From positions 40,332,430-40,396,429 of the forward strand of contig NC_090399.1 of assembly GCF_036365525.1 (NCBI RefSeq): 64,000 bases of DNA. Direction: 5' to 3'. This DNA comes from Heterodontus francisci. Lineage: Eukaryota. Made by a program: the position numbers and the translations under genes. Shown here piece by piece: positions 62,185 through 64,000 of this stretch (its first letter is position 1; each line of letters opens with the position of its first letter). A model generated the notes under the pieces. That model saw nothing but the letters and a program-made list of their open reading frames with translations. It was not told the origin of the DNA and searched no databases.

Positions 62185-62539
62185 GGGGCGGCACAGTGGC
62201 GCAGTGGTTAGCACCGCAGCCTCACAGCTCCAGGGACCCGGGTTCGATTCCGGGTACTGCCTGTGTGGAGTTTGCAAGTTCTCCCTGTGTCTGCGTGGGT
62301 TTCCTCCGGGTGCTCCGGTTTCCTCCCACAAGCCAAAAGACTTGCAGGTTGGTAGGTAAATTGGCCATTATAAATTGTCACTAGTATAGGTAGGTGGTAG
62401 GGAAATATAGGGACAGGTGGGGATGTTTGGTAGGAATATGGGATCAGTGTAGGATTAGTAAAAATGGGTGGTTGATGGTTGGCACAGACTTGGTGGGCCG
62501 AAGGGCCTGTTTCAGTGCTGTATCTCTAAACTAAACTAA
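62185..62539 (+). mobile_element. Full-length HE1-like V-SINE, ATACT TSD
   Basis: A box TGGCGCAGTGG, B box GGTTCGATTCC, V-domain, (AAACT)n tail; ATACT at 62180-62184 and 62542-62546. Confidence 0.93.
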
Positions 62540-62889
62540 TCATACTGCATGAGAAGGGAGTGCTGACTGGTTGGCAAGTAAACTCTGATTGGTAGTGGCG
62601 TTGCCATGGTGAATGCACCAGTTTATGGTGATTCACAGTCAACTGCCAAGCTCTGTTTAAAATTTAAACCAGGCAGCTTGACTGGTCAAGGCATTGCCCT
62701 GAGGAATGAACCAGCGAATGCTGTCATTTATTTTGTTCAGCTGAAACAGGGACAATGTTTGTACATATTCTTTCTGTCTGCAAAGAATAGGGCCCTGGGT
62801 ATTAATATATGTAGCTTCCAGTACACGCAAATGCGCCGCACTGTGAGCCCGACTGACAACCTTAAATTGGTCGACAGTGTAATTCTTAG

Positions 62890-63252
62890 TCTTCTTCTTT
62901 GGCCTCCTTGTCTCGAGAGACAATGGGTAAGCACCTGGAGGTGGTTAGTGGTTTGTGAAGCAGTGCCTGGAGTGGCTGTAAAGGCCAATTCAAAGTGACA
63001 GACTCTTCCACAGGTGCTGCAGATAAAATTGGTTGTCAGGGCTGTTACACAGTTGGCTCTCCCCTTGCAGTTCTGTCTAATTCCTGCCAACTGCTAAGTC
63101 TCTTCGACTCGCCACACTTTAGCCCCGCCTTTATGGCTGCCTGCCAGCTCTGGCGATCGCTGGCAACTGATTCCCACGACTTGTGATCAATGTCACAGGA
63201 CTTCATGTCACATTTGCAGACGTCTTTAAAGCGGAGACATGGACGTCCGGTG
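62890..63252 (-). mobile_element. RTE 3' fragment
   Basis: Minus-strand TGRPCLRFKDVCKCDMKSC and CSTCGRVCH. Confidence 0.88.
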
Positions 63253-63555
63253 AGTTTTGTAAGCTCAGACTTTGCAGCAACACTTGTGGTGTTCGCCACT
63301 AACAGGATGCTGCCATCAAGCCAAAAAGACATCTTGAGTAATGTGATATAGGAATTTCTATTCCAGTGTGATGCTAGGTATATAGGCTGTATGCCCCAAA
63401 GACTGGCTGATCATATCAAACAACATCTCCCTTCTGCTGTTTGCAACAGGCAAGTTACAGGCCGTACCCAACCATGCTTGCAAAATATCAAAACATCAAC
63501 CAATCAGCACTCTCTTCTCATGCACTATCAGTTGTTGTTTTCCCTTACGTTGGTT

Positions 63556-64000
63556 ATTCTGGAGATTGTGTCGTATCTGTCCTACCATCCACAAGCCATA
63601 AGCGTGACTGAGTTGTCCCTGCCTTAGCTTTGCGGCATCTTCCCGTTCTCTATCTATGAGGTGGTTGACGGTTCTGGCAAGTGCCTCTAATATCGTAATT
63701 ATCGTCTAATTGTATCTCCGTGCCCTCTTCTCCCAGATTGGTCTGATCCTCCTGATTTTTCTCTGCTCTCTTCAAGAGTCCCTTCATTACTCCTTTAAGG
63801 TGTTCCATCTTTTCATTCAGACCTTGTATATCTAATGAGTTTACTATGGAGGCACCGGTATTGAATCCGGTAGCAACGTCATTAACTATCCCCCTCTTTG
63901 TTCTATAAAGCTGATCCTGGCCTCTAAATCTAGTGGCACCCATGGCATCGGCAGCCTGCTGCATTACAATCTTACTTAATACACTATACATATTTCTTGC
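63556..64000 (-). pseudogene. Endogenous viral envelope/fusion-protein-like fragment (open at the window edge, frameshifted near 63705)
   Basis: RTKR|GIVNDVATGFNTGASIVNSLDIQGLNEKMEHLKGVMKGL shows a furin motif, a Gly/Ala-rich fusion-peptide-like segment and a heptad repeat. After a frameshift it continues TIITILEALARTVNHLIDRERE...AYGLWMVGQIRHNL. Confidence 0.65.

Larger units (their letters stand above)
62095..63555. mobile_element. Penelope-like element in inverted arrangement, split by an HE1 SINE and an RTE fragment
   Basis: Plus-strand GIY-YIG-like CDARYIGCMPQRLADHIKQH (~63367-63430). Minus-strand C-terminus AHLRVLEATYINTQGPILCRQKE (62657-62923). 63499-63550 is the reverse complement of the sequence flanking the HE1 SINE (~62155-62184 and 62542-62575). 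Hammerhead core at 62108-62141. Confidence 0.8.

Noticed and set aside
62185-62260. tRNA gene
   Set aside because: The A/B boxes belong to a SINE head followed by V-domain and LINE-derived tail; the same applies to 5722-5734 and 56450-56535.

Overview
Eukaryotic, intron-containing DNA, very probably from a cartilaginous fish (shark-type HE1/V-SINEs, a SacSINE1/Deu-type SINE, CR1, RTE and Penelope elements, shark-like MHC). Most of the window is nested transposable elements. The one host gene is a + strand MHC class I heavy-chain locus: SXY/CCAAT-like promoter (667-734), leader exon (871-918, with a 1-nt deletion giving ATG-ATT-GAC-TGA), alpha1 (23008-23250), alpha2 (23779-24051) and alpha3 (28311-28574). 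All three domain exons are open with correct phase-1 GT/AG junctions. The groove is non-classical: the alpha1 helix is shortened, most peptide-terminus anchors are lost, and there are two extra cysteines. No transmembrane exon is recognisable. Downstream of alpha3 lies a ~21.6-kb stack of Gmr1-type Gypsy elements, LINEs and an RTE that runs into a 200-N gap. Notable structure: minisatellites that grow out of the splice sites of every MHC intron; a 4.2-kb G-skewed, G4-prone array between alpha2 and alpha3; a CR1-like LINE with a tRNA-derived head and a matching internally deleted SINE; hammerhead-ribozyme relics in Penelope repeats; and a furin-cleaved, class I fusion-protein-like env fragment at the right edge. 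All family names come from motif recognition; no database search was run.
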